Both the position numbers and the translations under genes were made by a program. From the NCBI GenBank assembly GCA_036336835.1, contig JAYZFK010000032.1:1-64000 (forward strand): a stretch of DNA of 64,000 nt. The letters are read 5' to 3'. Source of the DNA: Myxococcota bacterium (GTDB lineage Bacteria > Myxococcota_A > UBA9160 > UBA4427). This document shows, piece after piece, positions 43,625 to 53,366 of the stretch. The notes beneath the pieces were generated by a model. The model was not told the origin of the DNA and did no database searches. It saw only the letters and a program-made list of their open reading frames with translations. The number at the start of each line of letters is the position of its first letter. The first letter of the stretch is position 1.

Positions 43625-44371
43625 TCAGCTTCCGTAGGTGAACTCGAGAGACTTGGCCTCGTTGTCACCGACCGTGATCGTCTGCTCCATCGCGTCGTAC
43701 TTCTCGTGCCACGCTTCGATCGTGTAGGTACCCGGTGGCAGATTTCCCAACGTGAACGAGCCGTCTTCTCCCGTGACCGCGAAATAGGGGTGGTCTACCA
43801 CGGCGACGTAGGAGTTCATCCAGGGATGGATGTCGCACTTGACCTTCATCGGGGGGCTCGCCTCGTCCCTTCTCATCCGGATGTTGACGTTGCCGGCCCC
43901 CGCCGGCTGCGACCGATTGAACGGCCGGTTGGACTTCGCGTAGCCGTGGACGTTGTGCGCGGTCGGATCGCTGGTCTTGATCGAGAGGGTCTGGCCCTTT
44001 CGCATGCCCACGACGTGTGGCTGATACCAGCAGCCCACCTGGTCGAGCAGAACGTCGCCTTCGGGCATCGGGAAGCTCCAGCTCTCGGCGCCCGACTTGA
44101 CCCAGACGAAGACGTTGCGGAGCGTTCCGTTTTCATTGATGATGACCGTGTCCGGCTTGAGTCGCTTGCCGCCGTGCAGCTCCGCGCACTTCTCGTCCGC
44201 CCCCGCCATGTCGATGGGCCGCGATCGCGGCTTCTTTCCCGCAAACTTCACGCTGCCCGTGATCGTTGCGGTGCCCAGCGCTGGGTCCCATGGGGACTGG
44301 TCCGCGGAACTGTTCGCAACGGGAAAGAACAGAGCTAGACAGGTCCCGGCTAGAATCAATTGCCTCACCAC
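43625..44371 (-). CDS. Exported cupredoxin-like / carboxypeptidase-regulatory-like domain protein
   Basis: Signal peptide, LDQ.GC.Y.PHV, HNVH, KCDIHPWM, DHPYFAVT..DG.F....PPG.Y...AWHE; GGAGG RBS. Confidence 0.8.
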   Translation of the reverse strand: MVRQLILAGTCLALFFPVANSSADQSPWDPALGTATITGSVKFAGKKPRSRPIDMAGADEKCAELHGGKRLKPDTVIINENGTLRNVFVWVKSGAESWSFPMPEGDVLLDQVGCWYQPHVVGMRKGQTLSIKTSDPTAHNVHGYAKSNRPFNRSQPAGAGNVNIRMRRDEASPPMKVKCDIHPWMNSYVAVVDHPYFAVTGEDGSFTLGNLPPGTYTIEAWHEKYDAMEQTITVGDNEAKSLEFTYGS

Positions 44372-44600
44372 GCATCCTCCTGCAGCCGCACCACGAGACA
44401 ACCTCTCGTACCGGCGGCGGTTACGATATCGCGAGAGACGTGGAGGGCCCACGCATTCCAAGCGTGCCCGGCTTGTCGGGTAGTGACACCGCAACAGATC
44501 GTTGCGGGAGTCAGCCGGGATATTTCACCGTGTTACTGTTGCGCCGACTCGGGTCGCTGCGGAGATGCTCTGGTGATGGCAAATTACCCCGTTTTCGATT

Positions 44601-44615
44601 TGGCTCGCAGTTCGC
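44601..44615 (+). promoter_or_regulatory. Candidate sigma54 -24/-12 promoter for the bd-like operon
   Basis: TGGCTCGCAGTTCGC (GG-N10-GC) preceded by TT, ~205 nt upstream of ATG 44820. Confidence 0.45.
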
Positions 44616-44819
44616 GACGGAGCGCCAAGGTGTAGCTGCACCCGCGAAGCGACGGCCCTGGAGCCGACCCCCCTTCATCTTGTGTCCCGGAACCGCGTCC
44701 CGGGTTCGCGCGGAGTGAAATGGGGTCGGAGCGGTGGCGAGCCCAGCGCTTCGGCAACGGGCCCGGCAAGCTTCCCATCGCACTCTCCGCCCGCCGTTCT
44801 GCTCGCACGGGGAGAGTGC

Positions 44820-46574
44820 ATGGCTGAACTCGGGGGGTGGTCGAAGGCGCTGCACGGGGTGCGCGGCGGCATCCTCAAGATCTCGCTGATCCTGACCGCG
44901 GTCTACGTCTTCGCCTTCCTGCTTCCGCGGGCCTTCGAGGTCGCCGACTACCGGGACTTCCCAGTGATCGGAAGCCGCGTGCTGGTCTGGTGCATTGCCC
45001 AGGCGCATCTGATGTTCGCGGCGTTCGTGCTGGGCGTGCCGATCTTCGTCTATATCGCCGAGGTCGCCGGCGTTTTCCTGAAGAGCGAGGAATACGACGA
45101 CCTGGCCAAGGAGTTCACCCGACTCCTGGCCATGAGCTACACGATCACCGCGACGCTGGGCGGGCTGCTGTTGGTGGCGCTGGTGACGCTCTACCCCAAG
45201 TTCGTCGTCCACATGGAGAAGGTCTTCGAGCCCACCTGGGCCTTCTACATCGGGGTGATCTTCAGCGAGGCGCTCTTCGCGTACCTGTACTTCTATTCCT
45301 GGGACCTCTTGCAGGGCTCACTCAAGAAGTGGCACCTGCTGCTCGGCGCGCTGGTCAATGTGGTGGGGATCGGCATCCTGGTCATCACGAACGCCTGGAC
45401 CGGCTACATGATGACGCCCAGCGGGGTGGAGGGGATGGACCTGGCGATCACCGTCACGAGCCGGGTCGAAGCCTTCATGAACTACGCCTGGAACCCGCTG
45501 AACATCCACCGTCTGCTGGCCAATGTCTGCTTCGGCGGGGCCATCGTGGGGGCGTACTCGGCCTTCCGGTTCCTGGCCGCCACCAGCGACGACGAGCGGT
45601 CCCGCTTCGATCGGATGGGCTACGTCGGCAGCTTCATCGCCGTCGCGGCCTTCATTCCGCTGCCCTTTGCCGGCTACTACCTCGGTCGCGAGATCTACGC
45701 CTACAGCCAGCAGATGGGCGTATCGATGATGGGCGGTTCCTTCGCCCAGCTGTGGATTCTGCAGGCCATCCTGATCGGCGCGCTCTTCCTGGCGATCAAC
45801 CTCTACCTGTGGCTGGCGATGGCCCGGATCCCGGGCGGTGAGCGGTATCGCAAGTTCCAGGCGCCGGTGTTGTTCGTGCTGGCGACTGGCCTCGCGGTCT
45901 GGGCGACGCCGCATAGCATCATCGCCACGGTTGCCGAGATGAAGGCGATGGGCTCTGCGCATCATCCGAGATTGGGCGTGCTGGGGGTGATGTCCGCAAA
46001 GAACACGGCCGTCAACCTGATGATCCTGGCGACGTTCATCACCTTCATGCTCTACCGCCGAGGCAACAAACAGGCGACTTCGTCTTTCGTGGTCGCCGGC
46101 AACTCGATCCAGATCCTCGGTCTGCTGGCGGCTTTCGGCGTCATCGTCGGGATCGGCATCTATGGCTACTTCGTCCCCGCGGCGGTTCGCGTCGGTCTCT
46201 CCGTCTACCAGCCGCTGATGGTCGCCGCGTTCATGTTCCTGTTCCTGGCGCTGGAGGTTCCGATCTATCGCGGCGCCACGTCGCTTGGCGAGATCCAGTG
46301 GGGGCGGATCCCGCGCGTGGCGCAGTACGTGCTCTTCTTCCTGGCCATGAGCTTCACCTGGCTGATGGGACTGATGGGTTACATCCGCTCGGGAATCCGC
46401 CAGTACTGGCACGTCTACCAGGTCATGAGGGACACCAGTGAGGGGGCCTTCATTCCGTCCCACGGCTTTGCAACGACGGTCATCTCGATCATCGTGCTGT
46501 TGTTCTTCTTGTTCGTATCCATGGTGTTCGCGTTGGCAATGCGCTCCGAGCTGCAGGAGCGAGAGCAGCAGTGA
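44820..46574 (+). CDS. Cytochrome bd-like oxidase subunit I (atypical CydA homologue)
   Basis: YRDFP.IGSR..VW.IAQAHL.FAAFVLG.P, E..F.YLY..SWD, MMTP, PLNIHR..AN, MGYIRSG.R; highly hydrophobic. Confidence 0.85.
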   Translation: MAELGGWSKALHGVRGGILKISLILTAVYVFAFLLPRAFEVADYRDFPVIGSRVLVWCIAQAHLMFAAFVLGVPIFVYIAEVAGVFLKSEEYDDLAKEFTRLLAMSYTITATLGGLLLVALVTLYPKFVVHMEKVFEPTWAFYIGVIFSEALFAYLYFYSWDLLQGSLKKWHLLLGALVNVVGIGILVITNAWTGYMMTPSGVEGMDLAITVTSRVEAFMNYAWNPLNIHRLLANVCFGGAIVGAYSAFRFLAATSDDERSRFDRMGYVGSFIAVAAFIPLPFAGYYLGREIYAYSQQMGVSMMGGSFAQLWILQAILIGALFLAINLYLWLAMARIPGGERYRKFQAPVLFVLATGLAVWATPHSIIATVAEMKAMGSAHHPRLGVLGVMSAKNTAVNLMILATFITFMLYRRGNKQATSSFVVAGNSIQILGLLAAFGVIVGIGIYGYFVPAAVRVGLSVYQPLMVAAFMFLFLALEVPIYRGATSLGEIQWGRIPRVAQYVLFFLAMSFTWLMGLMGYIRSGIRQYWHVYQVMRDTSEGAFIPSHGFATTVISIIVLLFFLFVSMVFALAMRSELQEREQQ

Positions 46575-47929
46575 GAGCGGTCTTCCTTCGGATTCTTGGC
46601 TTCGTGATCGTGATCGACCTGTTCTATATGGGGATCGGTCGCCTGTACCTGAGTCAGTCCGAAGAGCACCCACCGGTCGAGCTGCAGATCACCGTCGAGA
46701 CGGACACCGATACTCTGGTCGGGATGGGCGAGACCCTGCTCGGGGGCAAGGGCGGCTGCCTGCTCTGCCACAAGATTACCGAGGTGGGAAATACGCGCGG
46801 GCCCGACCTGCGAGGGGTCGGCGGGCGCGCCGGCACGCGAAGGCCGGGGATGAGTGCCGAGGCGTATCTGACCGAGTCGCTGGTCGACCCGGGCGCATAC
46901 GTCGTGGAGGAGTTCGCGACGGCCGGCGGTGAGAGCATCATGCCGGTCGCCAACCGGCCGCCGGCCGAGCTGAGCCCGACAGAGATGAAGGCCATGGTCG
47001 GCTACCTGCAGTCGCTGGGCGGCGAGGTCACGGTCCAGATCACCGCTCAGGATGTCGCTGGTGCCGAGGCGCGAAAGGCGGAGAAGCCTGCGCCCACGAG
47101 CACGCACCCGGGCTTTGCACTGCTGACCTCGCAGGGCTGCACGGCCTGCCACGACGTCATCGCAGAGACGCGGCGCATCGGTCCGCCGCTCACGAGCGTC
47201 GCTCTGCGACTGTCGGCCGCGGAGATCCGTCAGTCGATCGTCGATCCCGATGCGGTGGTCGCGGAGGGCTACCAGCAGGGCCTGATGCTGCAGAACTTCG
47301 CGGATACGCTGAGCGAAGAGCAGCTGGACCAGCTCGTCGGGTACCTGTCGGGCGAGGTGAGCATGGGTGAGCGGCTGGCCCACCCGGGTGTCCACCTGTT
47401 TCTGTTCATCGTGTTCTTCAACGGTGTCGTCTGGGCGATGCGCAAGCTCCAGTCCGCGGCCGAGGCGTCGGAAGCCAGCGGCGCCGGCCCGCTCGGGCTG
47501 CCGTGGCGGCCCGTCGGCTCGGTTCTGGGCCTGTCCGCCGTCTTTGCGGTGGTCTACCTGGGTCTCTGGGCCCAGGCCCCGGAGTCCCCCACCGCGGGGA
47601 TCCAGACCGCGGTGCCGACCGAGGCGACGAGCGTGCCCACCCAGGCGGCTGGCCCGCCGGACGGGAAGGCGCTGTTCGGCGTCACGTGCACGGCATGCCA
47701 CGGGCCGGCGGGCAAGGGCGTGCCCGGGCTGGGCAAGGACATGACCAACAGCGCCTTCATCGACGGGCTCAGCGACAGCGAGTTGGCCGACTTCATCGAG
47801 CAAGGACGCGCGGCCGACGACCCGCTCAATACCACCGGGGTCGCCATGCCGCCCAACGGACTGAACACGGCGCTCAGCGCCGACGACCGGATGGCAATCG
47901 CCAGGTTCATCCGCTCGCTGGGCAACTGA
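46571..47929 (+). CDS. Membrane-bound triheme c-type cytochrome
   Basis: CLLCH, CTACH, CTACH with distal MP/ML motifs; N-terminal and two internal TM helices; GTGA overlap. Confidence 0.88.
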   Translation: MRAVFLRILGFVIVIDLFYMGIGRLYLSQSEEHPPVELQITVETDTDTLVGMGETLLGGKGGCLLCHKITEVGNTRGPDLRGVGGRAGTRRPGMSAEAYLTESLVDPGAYVVEEFATAGGESIMPVANRPPAELSPTEMKAMVGYLQSLGGEVTVQITAQDVAGAEARKAEKPAPTSTHPGFALLTSQGCTACHDVIAETRRIGPPLTSVALRLSAAEIRQSIVDPDAVVAEGYQQGLMLQNFADTLSEEQLDQLVGYLSGEVSMGERLAHPGVHLFLFIVFFNGVVWAMRKLQSAAEASEASGAGPLGLPWRPVGSVLGLSAVFAVVYLGLWAQAPESPTAGIQTAVPTEATSVPTQAAGPPDGKALFGVTCTACHGPAGKGVPGLGKDMTNSAFIDGLSDSELADFIEQGRAADDPLNTTGVAMPPNGLNTALSADDRMAIARFIRSLGN

Positions 47930-47967
47930 GCTCAGCGCATAGGAGACCATCGTGGCCGGGGAATCGA

Positions 47968-48705
47968 GTGAATAGACAGGTCTTCCCGCTGGCGATCCTC
48001 ACCTGGCTCGCGGTGTGGGCGGCGCTCACCTTTGGCGTCCAGCCTCCGATTCCAAGCTCCGTGATGGGGCTCTACATGTCGATCACCACGGTCTCGATCC
48101 TGGTGTATCTGATCGCCGACCCCGATCGCTTCGCCGCATTCCTCGCCCCCATCGTTGCGTTGCTGCGCGAGAGCCGACTCGCTGTGCCTCGGATGATCGT
48201 GCTGACCGCGCTTCCGCTGCTGATCGGCTGGTTCACCTACACGGCGGTCCGCCCGCAGTTCGATCCGCCCTTCGAGGTGCGCACGATCCACCCCGAGCCT
48301 CCGGCCAAGTTCAAGCTGCACGGCAAAGACTTCGACGTGCTCGGCGCGGCGCGACCGCCCGAGATGGCGGTCAACGAGGAGAACCTCGCCGCCGGCAGAA
48401 GCCTCTACTACCGCAATTGCATGTACTGCCACGGGGATTTCCTGGACGGCAAGGGCCACTTCGCCGATGCCCTCAATCCGTTGCCGGCCAATTTTCGCGA
48501 CGGTGGCACGATCTCGCAGCTCGAAGAGGGCTACGTCTTCTGGCGGGTCGCGACGGGTGGTCCCGGGCTTCCGCAGGGGGCCACACCCTGGAACTCGTCG
48601 ATGCCGGTCTGGCAGGACTTCCTCAGCGAAGACGAGATCTGGCAGGTGGTCGCCTACATCTACGATGCGTCGGGCTCGACTCCGCGGACCTGGGAGGGGC
48701 ACTGA
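47968..48705 (+). CDS. Membrane-bound monoheme c-type cytochrome
   Basis: 3 N-terminal TM, RTIHPEPP, CMYCH, P.PANF, WR...GG.GLP....PW.S.MP.W. Confidence 0.88.
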   Translation: MNRQVFPLAILTWLAVWAALTFGVQPPIPSSVMGLYMSITTVSILVYLIADPDRFAAFLAPIVALLRESRLAVPRMIVLTALPLLIGWFTYTAVRPQFDPPFEVRTIHPEPPAKFKLHGKDFDVLGAARPPEMAVNEENLAAGRSLYYRNCMYCHGDFLDGKGHFADALNPLPANFRDGGTISQLEEGYVFWRVATGGPGLPQGATPWNSSMPVWQDFLSEDEIWQVVAYIYDASGSTPRTWEGH

Positions 48706-50249
48706 TGGTCAGGGCGCTCCCGTCGCTGTGGCTGCTTGCCGGCTTGGTGCTCATGCCGGGTCTCGCTCCTGCTCAGGACTACGGCGCGAAGGGGTTCAAG
48801 CTCGAAGCCACGACTCCTCGCGAGAGCTCGCAGGAGAACGTGGCGGCGGGAAAGGTGCTCTACGGAGAGTACTGCTCGCAGTGTCATGGTGACGCGGGCG
48901 ACGGCAATGGCGTGATGGCCGATCGGCTGCGCCCGCGCCCGCGCGACTTCCGACGCGCCATCTACAAGATCCGTCGAACCATGCAGGGCGAGCTGCCGAT
49001 CGAGGAGGATCTGTTCGAGATCATCGGCAAGGGCATGCCGGGGACGTCGATGCCCGCCTGGCGCGGCCTCCTCAGCGACGAGCAGATCTGGCAGCTCGTG
49101 GACTACCTCAAGGGCTTCAGCATCGACTTCGAGGACTACCCGGCGGAGCAGGAGCTGGTGCTCGAGGGCAAGCTCGAAGCCACGCCCGAGAGCATTGCGC
49201 GGGGCCGCGAGGTCTACGAGAAGGCGGAGTGCGAGAAGTGCCACGGCGCGTTCGGCCGCGGCGACGGGCCTTCTGCCCCGACGCTCGAAGACGAGTGGGA
49301 GAACAAGATCTACCCGGCGGACCTGACCCAGCCCTGGACGCTGCGGGGCGGCGCCTCGGTGGAGGATCTCTACCGGACCATGACGACCGGCGTGAACGGC
49401 ACCCCCATGCCGTCCTTCTCGGATGCGTGGAACGCCGAGGACCTTTGGCACCTGGCCAACTACCTCCACAGCATCGGTCGCGAGCCGGTCTGGGGGGAGA
49501 TCGTCCGGGGGGTCAAGGTCGATGCCATTCCGGAGGATCCCTTCTCCGACGACTGGAGCCAGGCCCCCGAGCTCGACATCCGGCTCGCCGGCCAGATCAT
49601 CCAACGGCCCCGGCTGTTCAACCCCTCGGTACAGAGCCTGACCGTCCAGGCCATGTTCGACGAAAACGAGCTGGCGCTGTTGCTGACCTGGAACGACAAG
49701 GTCGATAACGACGGGCAGAACGAAGCGCCCAGCGATCAGGTGTCGGTGATGTTCCCCGTGGAGGAGCTGAAGGGAGGCAAGAAGCCCTACTTCTTGATGG
49801 GCGATCGCCGCAATTCCGTCGACGCCTGGCAGTGGGCCGCCGGCGGCGGCGTCGAGACGCTTCTGGGGCGGGGCATGGACGACGTGGTGGCCCGGAGCTC
49901 GCCCGTTCGCGCGCAAGGGGAGTATCGCGATGGACAGTATCGCGTGATCCTGCGCCGCAGCCTTCAGTCGGATGGAGACGACGAAATCGCGTTCGTACCC
50001 GGCCGGATGATCCCGATCGCGTGGAACGTCTGGGACGGCGACAACGAAGAAACCGGTAAGCAGCGCGCGGTCTCGCGCTGGTACTACCTTCTGCTCGAGC
50101 CCGAAACTCCCTTGACGACCTATCTTTGGCCCCTCGTCGTGGTCTTGCTGGCTGGTGGCGGCGAGTGGGTCGGGCTGCGACGCCTGAGGCAGCAGTGGGC
50201 GAGTCGGGCGCCGGAAGGTTCTCCGCCGCCCGGAGTCTCGGAATCGTGA
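48705..50249 (+). CDS. Diheme cytochrome c fused to an ethylbenzene-dehydrogenase gamma-like (EB_dh) domain
   Basis: Signal peptide, CSQCH, CEKCH, GT.MP x2, LL.W.D, KPYFLMG, Y.VI..R.L, VWDG...E; C-terminal TM anchor. Confidence 0.85.
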   Translation: MVRALPSLWLLAGLVLMPGLAPAQDYGAKGFKLEATTPRESSQENVAAGKVLYGEYCSQCHGDAGDGNGVMADRLRPRPRDFRRAIYKIRRTMQGELPIEEDLFEIIGKGMPGTSMPAWRGLLSDEQIWQLVDYLKGFSIDFEDYPAEQELVLEGKLEATPESIARGREVYEKAECEKCHGAFGRGDGPSAPTLEDEWENKIYPADLTQPWTLRGGASVEDLYRTMTTGVNGTPMPSFSDAWNAEDLWHLANYLHSIGREPVWGEIVRGVKVDAIPEDPFSDDWSQAPELDIRLAGQIIQRPRLFNPSVQSLTVQAMFDENELALLLTWNDKVDNDGQNEAPSDQVSVMFPVEELKGGKKPYFLMGDRRNSVDAWQWAAGGGVETLLGRGMDDVVARSSPVRAQGEYRDGQYRVILRRSLQSDGDDEIAFVPGRMIPIAWNVWDGDNEETGKQRAVSRWYYLLLEPETPLTTYLWPLVVVLLAGGGEWVGLRRLRQQWASRAPEGSPPPGVSES

Positions 50250-50318
50250 GCACGAGACGAATCTGTCGCAACGATCACTACCCGAGCCGAATGGCTCGCG
50301 ATCCTCATGGAGCCATCG

Positions 50319-52442
50319 ATGTATAAGAAGATCTATGTGCCGGTCGACAACTCGGCCCACTCCAACCAGGCCATCCATTCGGCCGTGCAGCTCGGGAAGG
50401 TGTTTGGCTCCGAGCTGGTCGGCTCGCACATCTACGCGGCCAAGATGCATGACTACCGCTTCAAGCAGATGGAGTACTCGCTTCCCGAGGAGTATCTGGA
50501 GGAGAACGAGCTCGAGCGGCAGCGCAAGATCCACGACAGCCTGATCACCATGGGGCTCAAGCTGATCTCGGACAGCTACCTCGAAGGCATGCGACAAATC
50601 TGCGAGAAGGAGGCTCTGCCCTTCGAAGCCCGGATGATCGACGGGCAGCACCATGTCGAGATCCGCCGGGACCTGGCCCAGTCGGACGCCGATCTGTTGG
50701 TGATCGGCGCTCTCGGCCTGGGCCGCCAGCGCGACAGCCTGATCGGCTCGGTTTGCGAACGCGTGATCCGCTCGTGCAGCCAGGACGCCTGGGTCGTCAA
50801 GCACGTGCCCGGGAAGGACGAGCCCGAACGCGACACGATCCTGGTCGCTATCGACGGCAGTCCTCAGTCGTTTGGAGCGCTTCACACCGCGTTCGCACTC
50901 GCTCGGAAGTTCGGCAAGCGGATCGAGGTGATCGGCGTATACGACCCCTACCTGCATTACCTCGTCTTCAATGGTCTGGTGGGCACCCTGACCGAGAAGG
51001 CGTCGAAGGTGTTTCGGTTCGAGGAGCAGAACCAGCTCCACGAGGAGATCATCGATACGGGCCTGGCCCAGATCTATCAGTCTCACCTCGACGTTGCCCA
51101 GCAGATCGCCCGCGCCGAAGAGATCGAGGTCCGCCAGACCCTGCTCGACGGCAAGACCTTCCAGAAGATCCACGACCACGTGCGCAAGACGAAGCCCTGG
51201 CTGCTCGTGATGGGCCGCATCGGGCTGCACAGCGACCCGAACGACACCGAGCTCGGGAGCAACTCGGAGAATCTGCTCCGGCTGAGTGAGTGCGATGTCC
51301 TGTTGACGACATCGCAGGTTCGTCCGCAGATCGACGTGCGAGCCGAGGAGAGCATCCGCTGGAGTGAGCAGGCGGAGGAGCGCATGGCACGCGTGCCCAA
51401 GCTCGTGGTGGGCATCGCACGCACCGCGATCCTGCGCATGGCGCTCGAGAAGGGGCATAGCGTCATCACGAGCTCCCTGATCGACGAGGCCATGGCGCGC
51501 TTCATGCCCAAGCAGGCACCGATGGACAAGCTCGCCGAGGCCGTCGCGATCGGCCGCGCCCAGGAGCAAGCGCTGGCGATGTGCAAGGGCTGCGGCATGA
51601 CGGCCAGCGAGCCCGACCCGGCGCTGTGCAGCGTGTGCGGCGGGACGGTCTTCGAGGTGCTGACGGCCGAGGTGGTCGAGCGGCTGATCGAGAGCGAAGG
51701 CGGCGCGGTGGACGAGGCGGCCTACGACGGCCGCAAGCTGCAATGGACGCAGGAGGCGCGCCGCGCGCTGCGAGCCATCGACTCGGCCTATCTGCGGCGG
51801 CGCACCAAGGCGCGGATCGAGAAGACGGTCCGTCTGCAGAAGCGCAAGACTGTGACGCTCGAGTTCGCTCAGAAGCTGATCGAAGAAGAGACCGGCGTGC
51901 CGATGGCCGTCGCGCCCTCGCAAGGCTCGGCCCCGCAGCACGACGAGGGCGCGGTCGAGGCCGCGTCCGAGTCCGAGTCCGCCGCGGTCTGTCCGATGGG
52001 AGACCATTCGGACGGCGACCGTCTGATCGCCAGGGACTCCGCGAAGATGCCGCTCTTCTCCAGCTTCGAGTGGAGCGAGGACGCGACCGAGCGAATCCTG
52101 CGGGTGCCTTCGGGCTTCATGCGGGATCGGACCCAGGCGCGGATCGAGGAGCTGGCGCGGCAGCACGGGGACACCCGGATCGATCTGGTCCGCGTCGAAG
52201 AGGGGGTCGAGCTGGGCTTGCAGACGATGGCCGAGCAGATCGCGCAGAACGGCGATGGCGCCGAGGACGCGGAGCAGAGCGAACACGTCGCCGCCGCCGC
52301 CAAGTGTCCGGCGGTCAACCGGACCGAGATCGAAGCTCGCGAGAGCCACGCGGAGCAGCCGCTCAACGAGGTGAGTGAGCTGACCGAGCTGACCGCGATG
52401 AGGATGCTGCTCAGCAAGCAGGGGGGACGGCCCCAGGAGTAG
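50319..52442 (+). CDS. Tandem universal-stress-protein domains + rubredoxin-like + three PCP_red-like domains
   Basis: YKKIYVPVDNS..IGA.G..IGSV.ERV and ILVAIDGS..MGR.G..LGS.SE.L USP domains; CKGC..CSVC; three W-S/T-x-x-A helical repeats. Confidence 0.85.
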   Translation: MYKKIYVPVDNSAHSNQAIHSAVQLGKVFGSELVGSHIYAAKMHDYRFKQMEYSLPEEYLEENELERQRKIHDSLITMGLKLISDSYLEGMRQICEKEALPFEARMIDGQHHVEIRRDLAQSDADLLVIGALGLGRQRDSLIGSVCERVIRSCSQDAWVVKHVPGKDEPERDTILVAIDGSPQSFGALHTAFALARKFGKRIEVIGVYDPYLHYLVFNGLVGTLTEKASKVFRFEEQNQLHEEIIDTGLAQIYQSHLDVAQQIARAEEIEVRQTLLDGKTFQKIHDHVRKTKPWLLVMGRIGLHSDPNDTELGSNSENLLRLSECDVLLTTSQVRPQIDVRAEESIRWSEQAEERMARVPKLVVGIARTAILRMALEKGHSVITSSLIDEAMARFMPKQAPMDKLAEAVAIGRAQEQALAMCKGCGMTASEPDPALCSVCGGTVFEVLTAEVVERLIESEGGAVDEAAYDGRKLQWTQEARRALRAIDSAYLRRRTKARIEKTVRLQKRKTVTLEFAQKLIEEETGVPMAVAPSQGSAPQHDEGAVEAASESESAAVCPMGDHSDGDRLIARDSAKMPLFSSFEWSEDATERILRVPSGFMRDRTQARIEELARQHGDTRIDLVRVEEGVELGLQTMAEQIAQNGDGAEDAEQSEHVAAAAKCPAVNRTEIEARESHAEQPLNEVSELTELTAMRMLLSKQGGRPQE

Positions 52443-52477
52443 GTCGACCCTCCATCCTGGGACGACGATTCAGCGAC

Positions 52478-53347
52478 ATGCCCGCTTATCGCTTCTGCAG
52501 AACCGACGACATCTCGTTCCTGGCGGACGCTCTGAACGCTTGTTACGTCGTCCACTTCTCGGATCAGCGAGCACTCTCCGCAGGCCTCTTCAAGCGAGAG
52601 ATCCGCGAGCTGAACGTCTGGGCCAGCAGCTGCATGGCGGCAACGGAAGACGGTGAGCCGATTGCCGTGGTCACGGGCGCGAAGCGGGAGCGCGAGACCC
52701 TCATCCACCGCATTGGGATCCACCCGGACCACCTGCGGCGCGGCCACGCTCGCCACCTGCTGGAATCGCTGAGCCACAAGCTCTCGGTGCTCGGCCCTCC
52801 TCGGTTGGTGGCGGAGGTCCCCGACGACCGGCCAGCTGCGCGGGCGCTGTTCGAGGCTGTGGGCTATCAGGCCGAGGAGTGCTTCGCTGACTTCAGCCTG
52901 CCAACCGCTCTCGAGCCCGTGACCGGAGCGCGCGGGGTCGAAGAAGTCGGTCTCGAACGCGTCGTCGCGATGCTGGATCCCAGTGTGTGCCGCAGCTGGC
53001 AGCGCGCGCTGGAGACGTTGCAGAACCGCAAGGACCAGATTCGCGGTCTCGTCCTCACATCCGATACACGTCTCGAGGCCGGTGTCCTGTTCCGGGACCT
53101 CCCGGAGCGGGGTCGGCGCGAGATCGTTGCCCTCGCCGGGCCGCTCGCGCCGGGTGGCGGGGCGGTCGAAGCGCAAGGCATGCTCGCAACCGTCGTGCGG
53201 GCCGCCTGTCAGGCGGACGCGCTCAGCGTCACGGTTCCGAGAGTCTCCGACGCCGAGGCCCGCTGGGCGGACCTCGAGTCGATGGGCTTCGAGAGGGGGC
53301 GAACCTACACCCGCTTTGCAGTGCTCGCGAGTTCGGGCATACCCTGA
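52478..53347 (+). CDS. GNAT-family acetyltransferase
   Basis: IGIHPDHLRRGHARHLL (motif A), A..LFE..GY, LE.MGF. Confidence 0.75.
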   Translation: MPAYRFCRTDDISFLADALNACYVVHFSDQRALSAGLFKREIRELNVWASSCMAATEDGEPIAVVTGAKRERETLIHRIGIHPDHLRRGHARHLLESLSHKLSVLGPPRLVAEVPDDRPAARALFEAVGYQAEECFADFSLPTALEPVTGARGVEEVGLERVVAMLDPSVCRSWQRALETLQNRKDQIRGLVLTSDTRLEAGVLFRDLPERGRREIVALAGPLAPGGGAVEAQGMLATVVRAACQADALSVTVPRVSDAEARWADLESMGFERGRTYTRFAVLASSGIP

Positions 53348-53366
53348 TGCTGGCGAGGAGTGTCAC

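Noticed and set aside
48705..50249. Calling the locus a nitrite oxidoreductase or ethylbenzene dehydrogenase
   Set aside because: Only a gamma-like domain is present; no molybdopterin alpha or Fe-S beta subunit in the window.
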